The notes beneath the pieces were generated by a model, which was not told where the DNA came from, made no database searches, and was given only the letters and a program-made list of their open reading frames with translations. A program made the translations under genes and the position numbers. This document shows, in pieces, positions 28,050 through 37,672 of a stretch of DNA of 64,000 nt (its first letter is position 1; each line of letters opens with the position of its first letter). Origin of the DNA: an uncultured Eubacteriales bacterium (lineage in GTDB: Bacteria; Bacillota; Clostridia; Christensenellales; CAG-138); NCBI GenBank assembly GCA_900542615.1, contig UQOG01000001.1, positions 22,668 through 86,667 on the forward strand. Direction: 5' to 3'.

Positions 28050-29135
28050 ATGAAAAAACTGTTGGCACTACTCCTGTCTCTGGTCATGATCCTGTCCCTG
28101 GCTGCTTGCAGCAGCGGCGCCGAAGAAGCGGTGGCCGAGGAGCCCGCCCAGACGGAAGCGTCCGGCGAAGAAGCCGCCGAACCCGCTGCCGAGCCTGCCG
28201 CGGAAGGAAAAACGTACAAAGTGGCCATGATCTGCGACTCCAGCATCTCCGACGGCGGATGGGGCATGTCCTGCTACAACGCCATGGTAGATGCCGCCGC
28301 GAAATATGGCTGGACCACCGAGGTCTCCGACATGATCGCCCAATCTGCCTATTATGAGACCATCGTCACCTATTGCGACCTGGGCTATGACCTGATCTAC
28401 GCCCCGGGCAACCAGTACACCGACGCGGTGCTGCAGGCTGCCGAGGAGTATCCGGAAGTGGCCTTTGCCCTGCTCAACGGCGGCACCGGCACCCCGGAGC
28501 AGGCCGTGAACGGCAACGTGACCTCCCTGCTGCCCGACGCCCAGCAGGTCGGCTGGATCGCCGGCGCGCTGGCGGGCCTGATGACCGAGAGCGGCACCAT
28601 CGCCTTCATCGGCGGCATGGAGCTGGATACCACCGTGGGCAAGTACAACGGCTATTCTGAAGCGGCTGCCTATGTGGGCGAGCAGGCCGGCAAGACGGTT
28701 TCCACCCTGGATATCGTATACTCCGGCGACTTCTCCGCCTCCGATAAGGGCATCGAGTTCGCCAAGGCCATGATCGACCAGGGGGCCGACGTGTTCTTTG
28801 GCGACGCGTCCGCCGTGGACTCCGGCGCCCGGCAGGCCATCGACGAGGCCAATGCCGCCAGCGGCTCCGTGAAGATCTACGACATCGCCCAGCCCTCCGA
28901 CCTGCTGGGCCAGAACGAGTGCATCATCTGCAGCCAGGTCACGGATAACGCTTCCCTGGTGGGCCTGTGCATGGAGGCCGTGGAGAACGGCACCTTCGGC
29001 GGCGAGGTCATTTACGGCACCCTGCAGAACGGGGTTCTGTCCGCCGGCGCCCTCAGCGACCTGGTACCTGCGGAGATCCAGGAGCAGTATCTGGCCTACA
29101 TCGACCAGATGACCCAGGGCACCTTCATGCAGTAA
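28050..29135 (+). CDS. BMP-family ABC substrate-binding lipoprotein
   Basis: Start ATG 28050 behind SD tggagga; lipobox ILSLAAC; E/A-rich linker; ..DSSISDGGWG.. pattern typical of Bmp/PnrA-like binding proteins. Confidence 0.85.
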   Translation: MKKLLALLLSLVMILSLAACSSGAEEAVAEEPAQTEASGEEAAEPAAEPAAEGKTYKVAMICDSSISDGGWGMSCYNAMVDAAAKYGWTTEVSDMIAQSAYYETIVTYCDLGYDLIYAPGNQYTDAVLQAAEEYPEVAFALLNGGTGTPEQAVNGNVTSLLPDAQQVGWIAGALAGLMTESGTIAFIGGMELDTTVGKYNGYSEAAAYVGEQAGKTVSTLDIVYSGDFSASDKGIEFAKAMIDQGADVFFGDASAVDSGARQAIDEANAASGSVKIYDIAQPSDLLGQNECIICSQVTDNASLVGLCMEAVENGTFGGEVIYGTLQNGVLSAGALSDLVPAEIQEQYLAYIDQMTQGTFMQ

Positions 29136-29452
29136 GCCCTGTCCTCGAACCCAAAACCGCCCGCCGGCCGGAAGGCCTGCGGGACAGCGGGCCGGCGGCA
29201 TTTTGCCGCCGGCCTTGGCGTATCCATCCGTTCCTCCGGGGCGGGGCCGGGGCGGCGAAGCCGGGCCCGGGCTTCCAAGGGGCGGCATGGGTAACCCCGC
29301 CCGAAAAAGGCATATGCCCCGTGGCCAAGGCAGGACGCGGGCGCGCTTGTTTCACCCCTTTGCCGCAGGCCGTCCCGCCCCTTTACGAAGGGGATTTCCC
29401 TGTGATATGATAAAAAAATCACCAAGCAATCTGCGTCTGGAGAAAACCGTAC

Positions 29453-31036
29453 ATGAGCGTTACCGTTTCCCAATTGATGGAGCTGCCCTGCCTGCGCAAG
29501 GCAAAGGTGCTGGCCGGGCACAAGAGCCTGGACCGGATCGTGACCAGCGTCACGGTGCTGGAATACGCCACGCCTACGGCCATGCAGCAGAAGCTGTATA
29601 AAAGCATTGAGTTTTGGGGCAGCGAGATTATCCTAACCGGCTTTTGCAACATCGCGGAGGATGTGGAGGCCCAATGCCACAATATCCGCATATTGGCCGA
29701 GGCCGGCGAGGTGGGGATCATCCTGTATTATGTGGGGCTCATCCTTCCCCGGGTGGACCCCAGGCTGATCCAGCTGGCGAACGAGCTGGACTTCGTGCTG
29801 ATCTGTATGCCGGAAAACGAACCGAACCTTCGTTATGGGGAGGTGATCCGGGAAGCCATGGACGCCATTGTCCGGGATGAACTCAACAACCCCACCTTTA
29901 CCATCGACCTGCTGGATCAGATGACAAAGGTCCCCCAAGGGCAGCAGAGCGTAAAAACCATCTTACGGATCACCAGCGACCGGCTTCGGGCGTCGGCGGT
30001 CATCACGGATGCCGAATATCGGGTGCTGAGCCAGGCTTCCTGGCCCAGGAACCAGGACCTGGCATGGGGGGATATGATCCAGCAGGCGGCCAGGCACCCG
30101 GGGAGCGATTGCTCCTGGGAGATCGACGGGAGAAAGAACCTTTGGGCCTACAAGGCGGAAATCCATCCCAACAATTGCAGCCGGATGTTTCTGTTTGTGT
30201 TTTCGGAGCGGGGAAATCTGGATCAGGTCCTTTGGAAGCAGGTGGTGGAGGGCATTCGGGTGAGCATGGGGGTTTGGGGAAAAACCCACGACCAAATGGA
30301 CCTTTCGGAGCTGACCCGCGCCATCATCCTGGATGAGCCCATCAAGATGCGGCGGCTGGGGGATCTATATCATATCGATGTTGCATCCATGAGCGATATG
30401 TGGATCCTGCGAAGCTTGAAGGGGGATAACCTTTCCCCCTGGACCAAGGAGGTGGCGGAGCTATCCTCCCTGTATACCAGGGTTGGGCTGTGCGAACATT
30501 ATGAGAACGATATCCTGATCTTCCCGGTGGGGAACCGGACCCTCCACGAGATGGACGAGTGGACCAACGCCCTGGTGGCGTTCTGCCAGGAGAAGGGCCT
30601 GTGCGCGAAAATCACCCGCTGCCCCCTGCTCCAATATACGTCCCATGCCAAATATGCGTATGAAATCAACCGGGCCTATCTGGAAACCAGCATAAAGGTC
30701 TTTCCCATGCGGCCCTTTTTCAACATCTCCGAAATAGAGTTCGTGAAGGAATGCTGCGAGATCGCCGACCAGGGCAAGGAGGCGGTACGGCGGTATCTCT
30801 CCCTGCTGGACCCCATCCTTTCCGGGAAGGACGGGCCGGAGATCATCCATACCCTGACGGCCTTTCTCCTGGATAAAAATGCAAACATTACGGAAACGGC
30901 TGCCCATCTCTTTGTCCATAAGAACACCGTAAAGTACCGCTTGCAGAAGGCCGGCAACCTGCTGGGCTTCCATGTGGGGGACATCCCCCAATCGAAAAAC
31001 CTGTTATATGCCCTGGCTTTACAGCGGATCCTGTAG
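29453..31036 (+). CDS. PucR-family transcriptional regulator
   Basis: N-terminal VSQLMELPCLRKAKVLAG (PucR purine-catabolism-regulator-like domain) and C-terminal HTH (TAAHLFVHKNTVKYRLQK). Confidence 0.8.
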   Translation: MSVTVSQLMELPCLRKAKVLAGHKSLDRIVTSVTVLEYATPTAMQQKLYKSIEFWGSEIILTGFCNIAEDVEAQCHNIRILAEAGEVGIILYYVGLILPRVDPRLIQLANELDFVLICMPENEPNLRYGEVIREAMDAIVRDELNNPTFTIDLLDQMTKVPQGQQSVKTILRITSDRLRASAVITDAEYRVLSQASWPRNQDLAWGDMIQQAARHPGSDCSWEIDGRKNLWAYKAEIHPNNCSRMFLFVFSERGNLDQVLWKQVVEGIRVSMGVWGKTHDQMDLSELTRAIILDEPIKMRRLGDLYHIDVASMSDMWILRSLKGDNLSPWTKEVAELSSLYTRVGLCEHYENDILIFPVGNRTLHEMDEWTNALVAFCQEKGLCAKITRCPLLQYTSHAKYAYEINRAYLETSIKVFPMRPFFNISEIEFVKECCEIADQGKEAVRRYLSLLDPILSGKDGPEIIHTLTAFLLDKNANITETAAHLFVHKNTVKYRLQKAGNLLGFHVGDIPQSKNLLYALALQRIL

Positions 31037-31068
31037 GTTTTGCGGGGAAGGCGGAGCTGGGTTTCGTG

Positions 31069-31100
31069 GCCGATCATTGTCCTTTAAGACAATGATCGGC
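31069..31100. promoter_or_regulatory. perfect 13-bp inverted repeat gccgatcattgtc-N6-gacaatgatcggc
   Basis: Read directly; lies between pucR-like stop and a TATAAT box (31147-31152) upstream of the permease gene. No T-run, so a protein operator is as likely as a terminator. Confidence 0.45.
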
Positions 31101-31205
31101 AGAAAACTTTATCCAATGAAACAATGTTTTCTCCCCGTCGGTTTACTATAATCTAAAAATGGATCGGGCAAAGGCCGGATCCAAGAAAATTGGGGAGAAA
31201 ATAAC

Positions 31206-32498
31206 ATGAAACAGACAACGGCTTTTGCAATCAAAGCAGAAGAAAGACAAAGTTGGGTATCTATCACAATGGTGTGGATCGGGGCCATGATTTGCGTTCC
31301 GGCCCTGATGATCGGCGGTATGATCGGCGCCGGCCTGTCCCTTGGCGCCGCCGCCCTGGCCATCATAATCGGCTATGCGCTTATTTGCGTGTTTATGAGC
31401 TTTATGGGCATGCATGCCTGCGACACGGGCTTGCCCACCGCGGTGATGGCGGGCGGCGCATTGGGCGAAAAGGGCGCCAAGTACATTATCAGCACCATCC
31501 TGGCCATCTCCTGCGTGGGCTGGTTCGGCATCCAGGCCGCCGTTTGCGGCTCCTCCTTCTCCTCCATGGTGGCGGGCATGTCCGGGCTAAATATTCCCGT
31601 GTGGCTTTCCTCCGTGGTATGGGGCATCATCATGCTGCTGACCGCCTGCTTCCGCTTCAGCGGACTCAAGTGGCTGAATAAGATCGCCGTCCCCCTGCTG
31701 GGCATTGTGCTGGTCTATTCCCTCATCTATAACCTGGCTTCCGGCAACGGCGCCGCGCTGATCGGCTACCAGCCCAGCGCGCCCATGAGCTTTGTAACCG
31801 GCATCAGCCTGACCGTAGGCTCTTTCGTGGTGGCCGCCGCCATTTCCGGAGACTATTGCCGCTTTGCCAAGAACCGCAAGGATGTGGTGAAGTCCTCCAT
31901 TCTCGGCGTGTTGCCCGCAGGTTTGGTGGTGCTCATGCTGGGCGGCATCCTTGCCATCTGCACCGGCTCCTATGATATCAGCACCTTCCTCACCACCGCC
32001 GGCCTGCCCCTGGTGGGCCTGATCGCCCTGATCCTGGCCACCTGGACCACCAACGTTTCCAACGCCTATTCCGGCGGCTTGGCCCTGTCCGTGCTGCTGG
32101 GTCAGGACGAAAAGAAAAGCCAGGTGACCACCGCGGTTGCCGGCGTGATCGGCACCGTCCTGGCGGCTGTGGGCATCCTGAACTCCATCCAGGGCTTCCT
32201 GTCCCTGCTTTCCGCCATCGTGCCCGCCCTGATGGGCGTCATGATTGCGGACTACTGGCTGATCGACAAGGGAGAGATCGAAAAGTTTGAGATCCGTCCG
32301 GGCTTTTACGCCCCCGGCATCATCGCCTTTGTTGCGGGCGCCCTGATCGCCTGCATGACCGGCGGAACCTTTGCCGCCATCCCCGCCCTGGCCTTCCTGG
32401 ATATGCCGTTCTTTATCGGCTCCATCAACGGCATCGTGGTGGCCTTGGTCCTCTACGTCATCCTGGCAAAGGCGACCGGCAATAAGAAGAATTCGTAA
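31206..32498 (+). CDS. NCS1-family (cytosine/purine/hydantoin-type) permease
   Basis: 430 aa, 12 predicted TM helices, CodB-like sequence pattern. Confidence 0.8.
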   Translation: MKQTTAFAIKAEERQSWVSITMVWIGAMICVPALMIGGMIGAGLSLGAAALAIIIGYALICVFMSFMGMHACDTGLPTAVMAGGALGEKGAKYIISTILAISCVGWFGIQAAVCGSSFSSMVAGMSGLNIPVWLSSVVWGIIMLLTACFRFSGLKWLNKIAVPLLGIVLVYSLIYNLASGNGAALIGYQPSAPMSFVTGISLTVGSFVVAAAISGDYCRFAKNRKDVVKSSILGVLPAGLVVLMLGGILAICTGSYDISTFLTTAGLPLVGLIALILATWTTNVSNAYSGGLALSVLLGQDEKKSQVTTAVAGVIGTVLAAVGILNSIQGFLSLLSAIVPALMGVMIADYWLIDKGEIEKFEIRPGFYAPGIIAFVAGALIACMTGGTFAAIPALAFLDMPFFIGSINGIVVALVLYVILAKATGNKKNS

Positions 32499-32581
32499 AC
32501 CAAATATGGATTGCCATGCAGGGCACAGAGAAGAAAGCTGTGCCCTGTATGCCATCTTTTATAAGAAAAGGAGTGTTTGTA

Positions 32582-33673
32582 TTGCGCAAGATTGGTATCC
32601 CCGAAATTGAAGATATCGCCTTGGGCGCCGCGCTGCTGGGCGCCGGCGGCGGCGGCGACCCCTATGTGGGGAAGCTGGTGGCCATCGGCGCCGTGCAGGA
32701 ATGCGGGCCTGTGACCATGCTGGACCCCGACGAGGTCCCCGACGACGCCCTGGTGGTTCCCATCGCCATGATGGGCGCCCCTACCGTCCTTTGCGAAAAG
32801 GCCATCGGCGGCGAGGAGTATAAGACCCTATATGACACCGTTTCCACCTTTTACGGCAAGCCCATCTACGCGTTCATGCCCATCGAGGCGGGCGGGGTAA
32901 ACTCCATGCTCCCCATCGCCGCGGCCGCGCGCCTGGGGTTGCCCCTGGTGGATTGCGACGGCATGGGCCGTGCCTTCCCGGAATTGCAGATGGTGACCTT
33001 TACCATTGGCGGCGGCTCCGCCACCCCCATGGCCATGGTGGATGAAAAGGGGAATTCCTGCATCTTCCGCACGGTCACCAACAAGTGGACGGAGGAAATG
33101 GCCCGGGCGGTCACCATGGCCTGCGGCGGTTCGGTATCCGTATCCCTATATGCCATGGACGGCAAGTTCATGAAGGAATACGGCGTGCGGGGCATCGTGA
33201 CCCGAAGCGAAACCCTGGGCTCCGCCATACGCAAGGTGAAGGAGGTTACCGACAAAACCCCGGAGGAGGCCTTCCTTGCGATCACGGAAGGGTACAAGCT
33301 TTTCAAGGGCAAGATCTGCGACGTGCTGCGGGAGGTGCGCAGCGGCTTCAACTTCGGCAAGGTGGTGCTGGACGGCATCGGGGACGACAAGGGGCGGACC
33401 GCCTATGTGGAGTTCCAGAACGAAAATCTCACCGCCGTGGTGGACGGCAAGCTGTTGGCCACCACCCCGGACCTGATCTGCCTGGTGGATACGGAAACCT
33501 TTACCCCGGTCCCCACGGACGCCCTCAAATACGGCAAGCGGGTCATGGTAGTCGGGCTCAAGTGCTTCCCCCTGTGGAGAACGGAGGAGGGGCTTAAGCT
33601 GGTAGGCCCGCGGTATTTCGGGGTTGATACGGATTATATCCCGCTGGAAGAGCGCTGCAAAGGAGGCTGCTGA
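32582..33673 (+). CDS. DUF917-domain protein
   Basis: Start TTG 32582 behind SD aaaggag; GAALLGAGGGGDP motif characteristic of DUF917; typical partner of hydantoinase-A-like genes. Confidence 0.8.
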   Translation: MRKIGIPEIEDIALGAALLGAGGGGDPYVGKLVAIGAVQECGPVTMLDPDEVPDDALVVPIAMMGAPTVLCEKAIGGEEYKTLYDTVSTFYGKPIYAFMPIEAGGVNSMLPIAAAARLGLPLVDCDGMGRAFPELQMVTFTIGGGSATPMAMVDEKGNSCIFRTVTNKWTEEMARAVTMACGGSVSVSLYAMDGKFMKEYGVRGIVTRSETLGSAIRKVKEVTDKTPEEAFLAITEGYKLFKGKICDVLREVRSGFNFGKVVLDGIGDDKGRTAYVEFQNENLTAVVDGKLLATTPDLICLVDTETFTPVPTDALKYGKRVMVVGLKCFPLWRTEEGLKLVGPRYFGVDTDYIPLEERCKGGC

Positions 33674-33675
33674 GC

Positions 33676-35229
33676 ATGTATAAATTGGGCATTGATGTGG
33701 GCGGCACCAATACGGATGCTGTTTTGATCGATGAAAATTTGCAGGTTGTGGCGTCCGTCAAGCAGCACACCACCGCAAATATCTATGACGGCATTCTCAA
33801 TGCCGTACGGGCTGTGCTGGAGCAATCCGGCGTAAAGCGCAGCGAGATCCGCCAGGCCATGCTGGGCACCACCCAGTGTACCAACGCCATCGTGGCCCGA
33901 AAGGGCCTGGCCCCCATCGGCGTTTTGCGGATCGGCGCGCCGGCGTCCCGGGGCATCCCCTTGATGGTGGATTGGGCGGAGGATCTGAAAACGATCGCGG
34001 TAAAAACCGCCATTGTGGGCGGCGGCTTCGAATACGACGGCAAGGAGATCGCTCCCTTTGACGCAGAGGCCGCGCGGGCGTTCTTTGCGGAGCTCAAGGC
34101 CAAGGCGGTAAAGTCCGTGGCCATCTCCTGCGTATTTTCCACCGTGCGCAACGACCATGAGCTGGAGGCGGCGAAGCTGTGCAGGGAAGTGATGGGGGAG
34201 GACGTGCATGTGTCCATTTCCAGCGAAATCGGCTCCATGGGCCTGATCGAGCGGGAAAACGCCACCATCCTGAACGCGGCGCTGTATCAGGTGGCGGAAT
34301 CCTTTACCGAAGGCTTTGCCCAGTCCCTGGCGGACGAGGGGGTGACCAACGCCCAAGTGTATCTCTCCCAGAACGACGGCACCCTGATGACCATGGACTA
34401 TGCCCGCCGCTACCCCATTTTGACCATTGCCTGCGGCCCCACCAATTCCATTCGGGGCGCCTGCTACCTGAGCCAGCTGAAGAACGCAGTGGTTATCGAC
34501 GTGGGCGGCACCACCACGGACCTGGGCGTGATCCAGAACGGCTTCCCCAGGGAATCCGGCGTTGCGGTCACCATCGGCGGCGTGCGCACCAATTTCCGTA
34601 TGCCGGACGTGGTATCCATCGGCCTTGGGGGCGGCTCCATCGTCCGCCAGCGGGCGGACGGCGCCGTCACCGTGGGCCCGGATTCCGTGGGCTATCAAAT
34701 CACAGAAAAAGCCCTGTGCTTCGGCGGGGACGTGTGCACCGCCACGGATATCGCCGTGCGCCTGGGTATGACGGAGCTGGGGGATAAGCGCCTGGTGGCC
34801 CATTTGGACGAGGCCTTTGCCCAGAAAGCCATGGACGCCATCCGTACCCTGTGCGAGGATTCCATCGACGCCATGAAGGTTTCCTCTGAGGATGTGGATG
34901 TGATCCTGGTGGGCGGCGGTTCCATCATCCTGCCCGGGGATCTGGCGGGGGCCAGGAGCGTGACCCAGCATGAATTCGGCGGGGTGGCCAATGCCATCGG
35001 CTCCGCCATCTCCAAGGTGAGCGGCACCTACGAGCAGCTCATCGATTACGACAAGATCCCGCGGGATCAGGCCCTGGCCCAAGCCCGCGCCGACGCCATT
35101 GAGTTGGCTGTGGCGGCAGGGGCCATTCGGGAGACGGTGGAGATCATCGACGCGGAAGACGTCCCCCTGCAATACTATCCCGGCAACACAGCCCGGGTGA
35201 AAATCAAAGCGGCGGGGGATTTAGCCTAA
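33676..35229 (+). CDS. hydantoinase/oxoprolinase (HyuA-like) family protein
   Basis: MYKLGIDVGGTNTDAVL N-terminus, second ASKHA motif VIDVGGTTTD. Confidence 0.85.
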   Translation: MYKLGIDVGGTNTDAVLIDENLQVVASVKQHTTANIYDGILNAVRAVLEQSGVKRSEIRQAMLGTTQCTNAIVARKGLAPIGVLRIGAPASRGIPLMVDWAEDLKTIAVKTAIVGGGFEYDGKEIAPFDAEAARAFFAELKAKAVKSVAISCVFSTVRNDHELEAAKLCREVMGEDVHVSISSEIGSMGLIERENATILNAALYQVAESFTEGFAQSLADEGVTNAQVYLSQNDGTLMTMDYARRYPILTIACGPTNSIRGACYLSQLKNAVVIDVGGTTTDLGVIQNGFPRESGVAVTIGGVRTNFRMPDVVSIGLGGGSIVRQRADGAVTVGPDSVGYQITEKALCFGGDVCTATDIAVRLGMTELGDKRLVAHLDEAFAQKAMDAIRTLCEDSIDAMKVSSEDVDVILVGGGSIILPGDLAGARSVTQHEFGGVANAIGSAISKVSGTYEQLIDYDKIPRDQALAQARADAIELAVAAGAIRETVEIIDAEDVPLQYYPGNTARVKIKAAGDLA

Positions 35230-35259
35230 CGATAAACCGGGACGGCGTTTTCCTATGGC

Positions 35260-35327
35260 GCCGCCCGAAATAGAGGCGGCTTTTTGCGGGAACCGGCATA
35301 GCGCAGGCTATGCCGGTTCTTTGTTGT
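35260..35327 (+). terminator. tandem terminators
   Basis: gccgcc..ggcggc + ttttt (35260-35285), then perfect 13-bp stem gaaccggcatagc-gcag-gctatgccggttc + tttgttgtt (35290-35327). Confidence 0.8.
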
Positions 35328-35672
35328 TGGCCGAGATGAAGGGGGCGGGTCAAATTGAAAAGCGAAAACAGCTAAGTCTCCGCCCCCGCCAAAGGCGCCG
35401 GCCTCCGGCCGCTGGGCCTCGCCCCTGGCTGCGCCGATGAATACAAGTTACGGCGTTCCAGCGCGAGGGATCAAATTTTAGCAGGACGTTAAAATTTTTC
35501 TCTATAAGCAGAACGAATAACGGTATTTTCTACAATTCCTGTAACCTTCTTCCCCCTGGAATCGTCTATATAGTAAAAGCCGGCATCCAGGATGCCCGGA
35601 TCCAGGCCGGCGCGACCGGCGAAGGCGCGATCTGGGGGTTGGCCCATACCAGGGCGCAAAGGAGGTGCAAAC

Positions 35673-36320
35673 ATGAAACACAACGGATCCCTGCTCCTGC
35701 TGTTGGGGGCGTTGGCGGCGGCGGGCCTGCTGCTATGCCGCCCTTCCCCCAGCCAGGACGCCATAACCATTTCCCCTTCCGTATCCCTGCCGACGGGGGA
35801 TGCGGAGCTGTCCGCCCTGGAGGATATGGTACAGGCCCAGATGCTCCTGTCCCAGCAGTCCGGGCTACAGGAGCCTTACAGCGGCTACTATAAGACCTAT
35901 GTGGACTATTTCGGCGGCACAGCCTTTGTGGACAGCAAGCTCACCGTCTATGTGACGGATACCAGCCCGGCGGCGGTCCAGGAGTTGGCCCAGGAGCCAA
36001 AGGTGGTGATTGAAAAGGTGGACTATTCCCTCAACCAGCTCAACCAGCTGGCCCTGCAAATCGTGGAACTGGGGGACGCGGGGAAGATCAACGGCTATGG
36101 GGGCCCGCCGGCGGTGCTGCCCCGGCACAACCGGGTGGATCTGACCATCTGGACGGATCGGGACCAGGCGCAGGGAGGCCTGTCCCCATCGGCGCTGTTG
36201 GAGGCACTGGGGGTTTCCAGCGCCATGCTCAACATCGTTGAGGTGGCGGATTATCCCCAGGACGCCACCGGAGCGTATATCCTACCCCATCCCGGCGTCC
36301 CGCCTAAGACCGGCGGCTAA
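35673..36320 (+). CDS. secreted/lipoprotein paralogue A; ends directly after a PPKTGG motif
   Basis: ATG 35673 behind ggaggt; signal peptide with LLLC lipobox. The C-terminal 166 aa are identical to paralogue B apart from one synonymous nt difference (500-bp repeat); stop codon immediately follows PPKTGG. Confidence 0.75.
   Translation: MKHNGSLLLLLGALAAAGLLLCRPSPSQDAITISPSVSLPTGDAELSALEDMVQAQMLLSQQSGLQEPYSGYYKTYVDYFGGTAFVDSKLTVYVTDTSPAAVQELAQEPKVVIEKVDYSLNQLNQLALQIVELGDAGKINGYGGPPAVLPRHNRVDLTIWTDRDQAQGGLSPSALLEALGVSSAMLNIVEVADYPQDATGAYILPHPGVPPKTGG
35817..36316 (+). repeat. 500-bp direct repeat, copy 1
   Basis: Aligned by eye with 36770-37269 at a constant offset of 953 nt; only one mismatch noticed (36284 a vs 37237 g). 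Confidence 0.9.
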
Positions 36321-36457
36321 GGCTACCCTTCCGTATTTGCGCGGGCCACCGGCGCGGCAAATTTCCTCGATGTATCTGCGAACCGATTTCCAACCAAGTA
36401 TTTATCAGGCTGTCCGGCTGTCGCTGCGGCCGAAAGCAAAAAGGAGGTATGCATACT

Positions 36458-37354
36458 ATGAAGCGAAAACGATTTATAAGTATCCTGTTCGCACTGTGCT
36501 TTTTTATCGTAGCGGTTCCTGCCTATGCGGCAAAAATTCGTTATTCTGACCTGAATGAATACCGGCATATCATACAAAACGAGGTGCTAACGAGCTATGA
36601 AGGCCGCGTTTTCTATGCGGTGGATGTGGATGCGCAAGCCGTTCGCATATATGTTGAAGCCCAAGACAGGGATGCCGTTACCAATGCGCTGAAACGATAC
36701 GGCATCCATATGGACATGGTTATCATAGAAGAGCAGGCAAAGGGGCGCTCTTCCATCAGCCTGGGGGAGCTGGAGGATATGGTACAGGCCCAGATGCTCC
36801 TGTCCCAGCAGTCCGGGCTACAGGAGCCTTACAGCGGCTACTATAAGACCTATGTGGACTATTTCGGCGGCACAGCCTTTGTGGACAGCAAGCTCACCGT
36901 CTATGTGACGGATACCAGCCCGGCGGCGGTCCAGGAGTTGGCCCAGGAGCCAAAGGTGGTGATTGAAAAGGTGGACTATTCCCTCAACCAGCTCAACCAG
37001 CTGGCCCTGCAAATCGTGGAACTGGGGGACGCGGGGAAGATCAACGGCTATGGGGGCCCGCCGGCGGTGCTGCCCCGGCACAACCGGGTGGATCTGACCA
37101 TCTGGACGGATCGGGACCAGGCGCAGGGAGGCCTGTCCCCATCGGCGCTGTTGGAGGCACTGGGGGTTTCCAGCGCCATGCTCAACATCGTTGAGGTGGC
37201 GGATTATCCCCAGGACGCCACCGGAGCGTATATCCTGCCCCATCCCGGCGTCCCGCCTAAGACCGGCGGAGCGTCCAACTGGGCGGGCTTGGGCATATTG
37301 GCGGTGGCGGCCCTGTTTATGGGGCTGGGGCTGTACCGGCTGTATCGGGGTTGA
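36458..37354 (+). CDS. cell-wall-sorted surface protein paralogue B (PPKTG sorting signal)
   Basis: ATG 36458 (10 nt after aaggagg); SPase-I-type signal peptide ..VPAYA; C-terminus PPKTGG + hydrophobic helix + RLYRG = sortase tripartite signal. Confidence 0.78.
   Translation: MKRKRFISILFALCFFIVAVPAYAAKIRYSDLNEYRHIIQNEVLTSYEGRVFYAVDVDAQAVRIYVEAQDRDAVTNALKRYGIHMDMVIIEEQAKGRSSISLGELEDMVQAQMLLSQQSGLQEPYSGYYKTYVDYFGGTAFVDSKLTVYVTDTSPAAVQELAQEPKVVIEKVDYSLNQLNQLALQIVELGDAGKINGYGGPPAVLPRHNRVDLTIWTDRDQAQGGLSPSALLEALGVSSAMLNIVEVADYPQDATGAYILPHPGVPPKTGGASNWAGLGILAVAALFMGLGLYRLYRG
36770..37269 (+). repeat. 500-bp direct repeat, copy 2
   Basis: See copy 1. Confidence 0.9.
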
Positions 37355-37672
37355 AGGGGTGGGCGCCCCTCTGAAAGCGCCGGCTTTGCGGTTGAAGCAG
37401 CTTATCACAGGACGGAAATCCCCGGTTACATTCATATATTATTTACACTTTCAACGGTAAAAACTGTGTATACTTGAATTATATAGAAGAACCTCCCCGA
37501 TCTGGGACCGGTAAAAGGGCGGCGGAGGAAGGGCTCATGCTTTCGTTTAGGAAAAGATCGCGGACTTGCATCCCGGTTTGGATGCTGTGCGCTGGCTTTT
37601 GGAAACGTACATGAGAAACGCCCTTTGTTCCTGCCCATTCGCTATTCGTGCATGGAGAGGAGTGAAACGACC

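Noticed and set aside
33634-35172. Long antisense ORFs opposite strongly supported genes. Examples: 932-1582(-), 1852-2772(-), 19029-19649(-), 26975-28267(-), 28068-29288(-), 31587-32555(-), 33634-35172(-), 53322-54182(-), 62131-63219(-).
   Set aside because: They are typical stop-poor shadow frames of high-G+C coding DNA. Their translations are low-complexity (G/A/R/P/H-rich), they have no SD or start context, and the opposite strand carries clear family motifs.
35489-35770. Minus-strand ORF whose C-terminus (..GFYYIDDSRGKKVTGIVENT..) resembles a cell-wall-binding repeat.
   Set aside because: Only one repeat-like unit is present, with no start or signal peptide, and the rest of the ORF overlaps the start region of gene 35673 on the other strand. 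It is at most a tiny gene relic.
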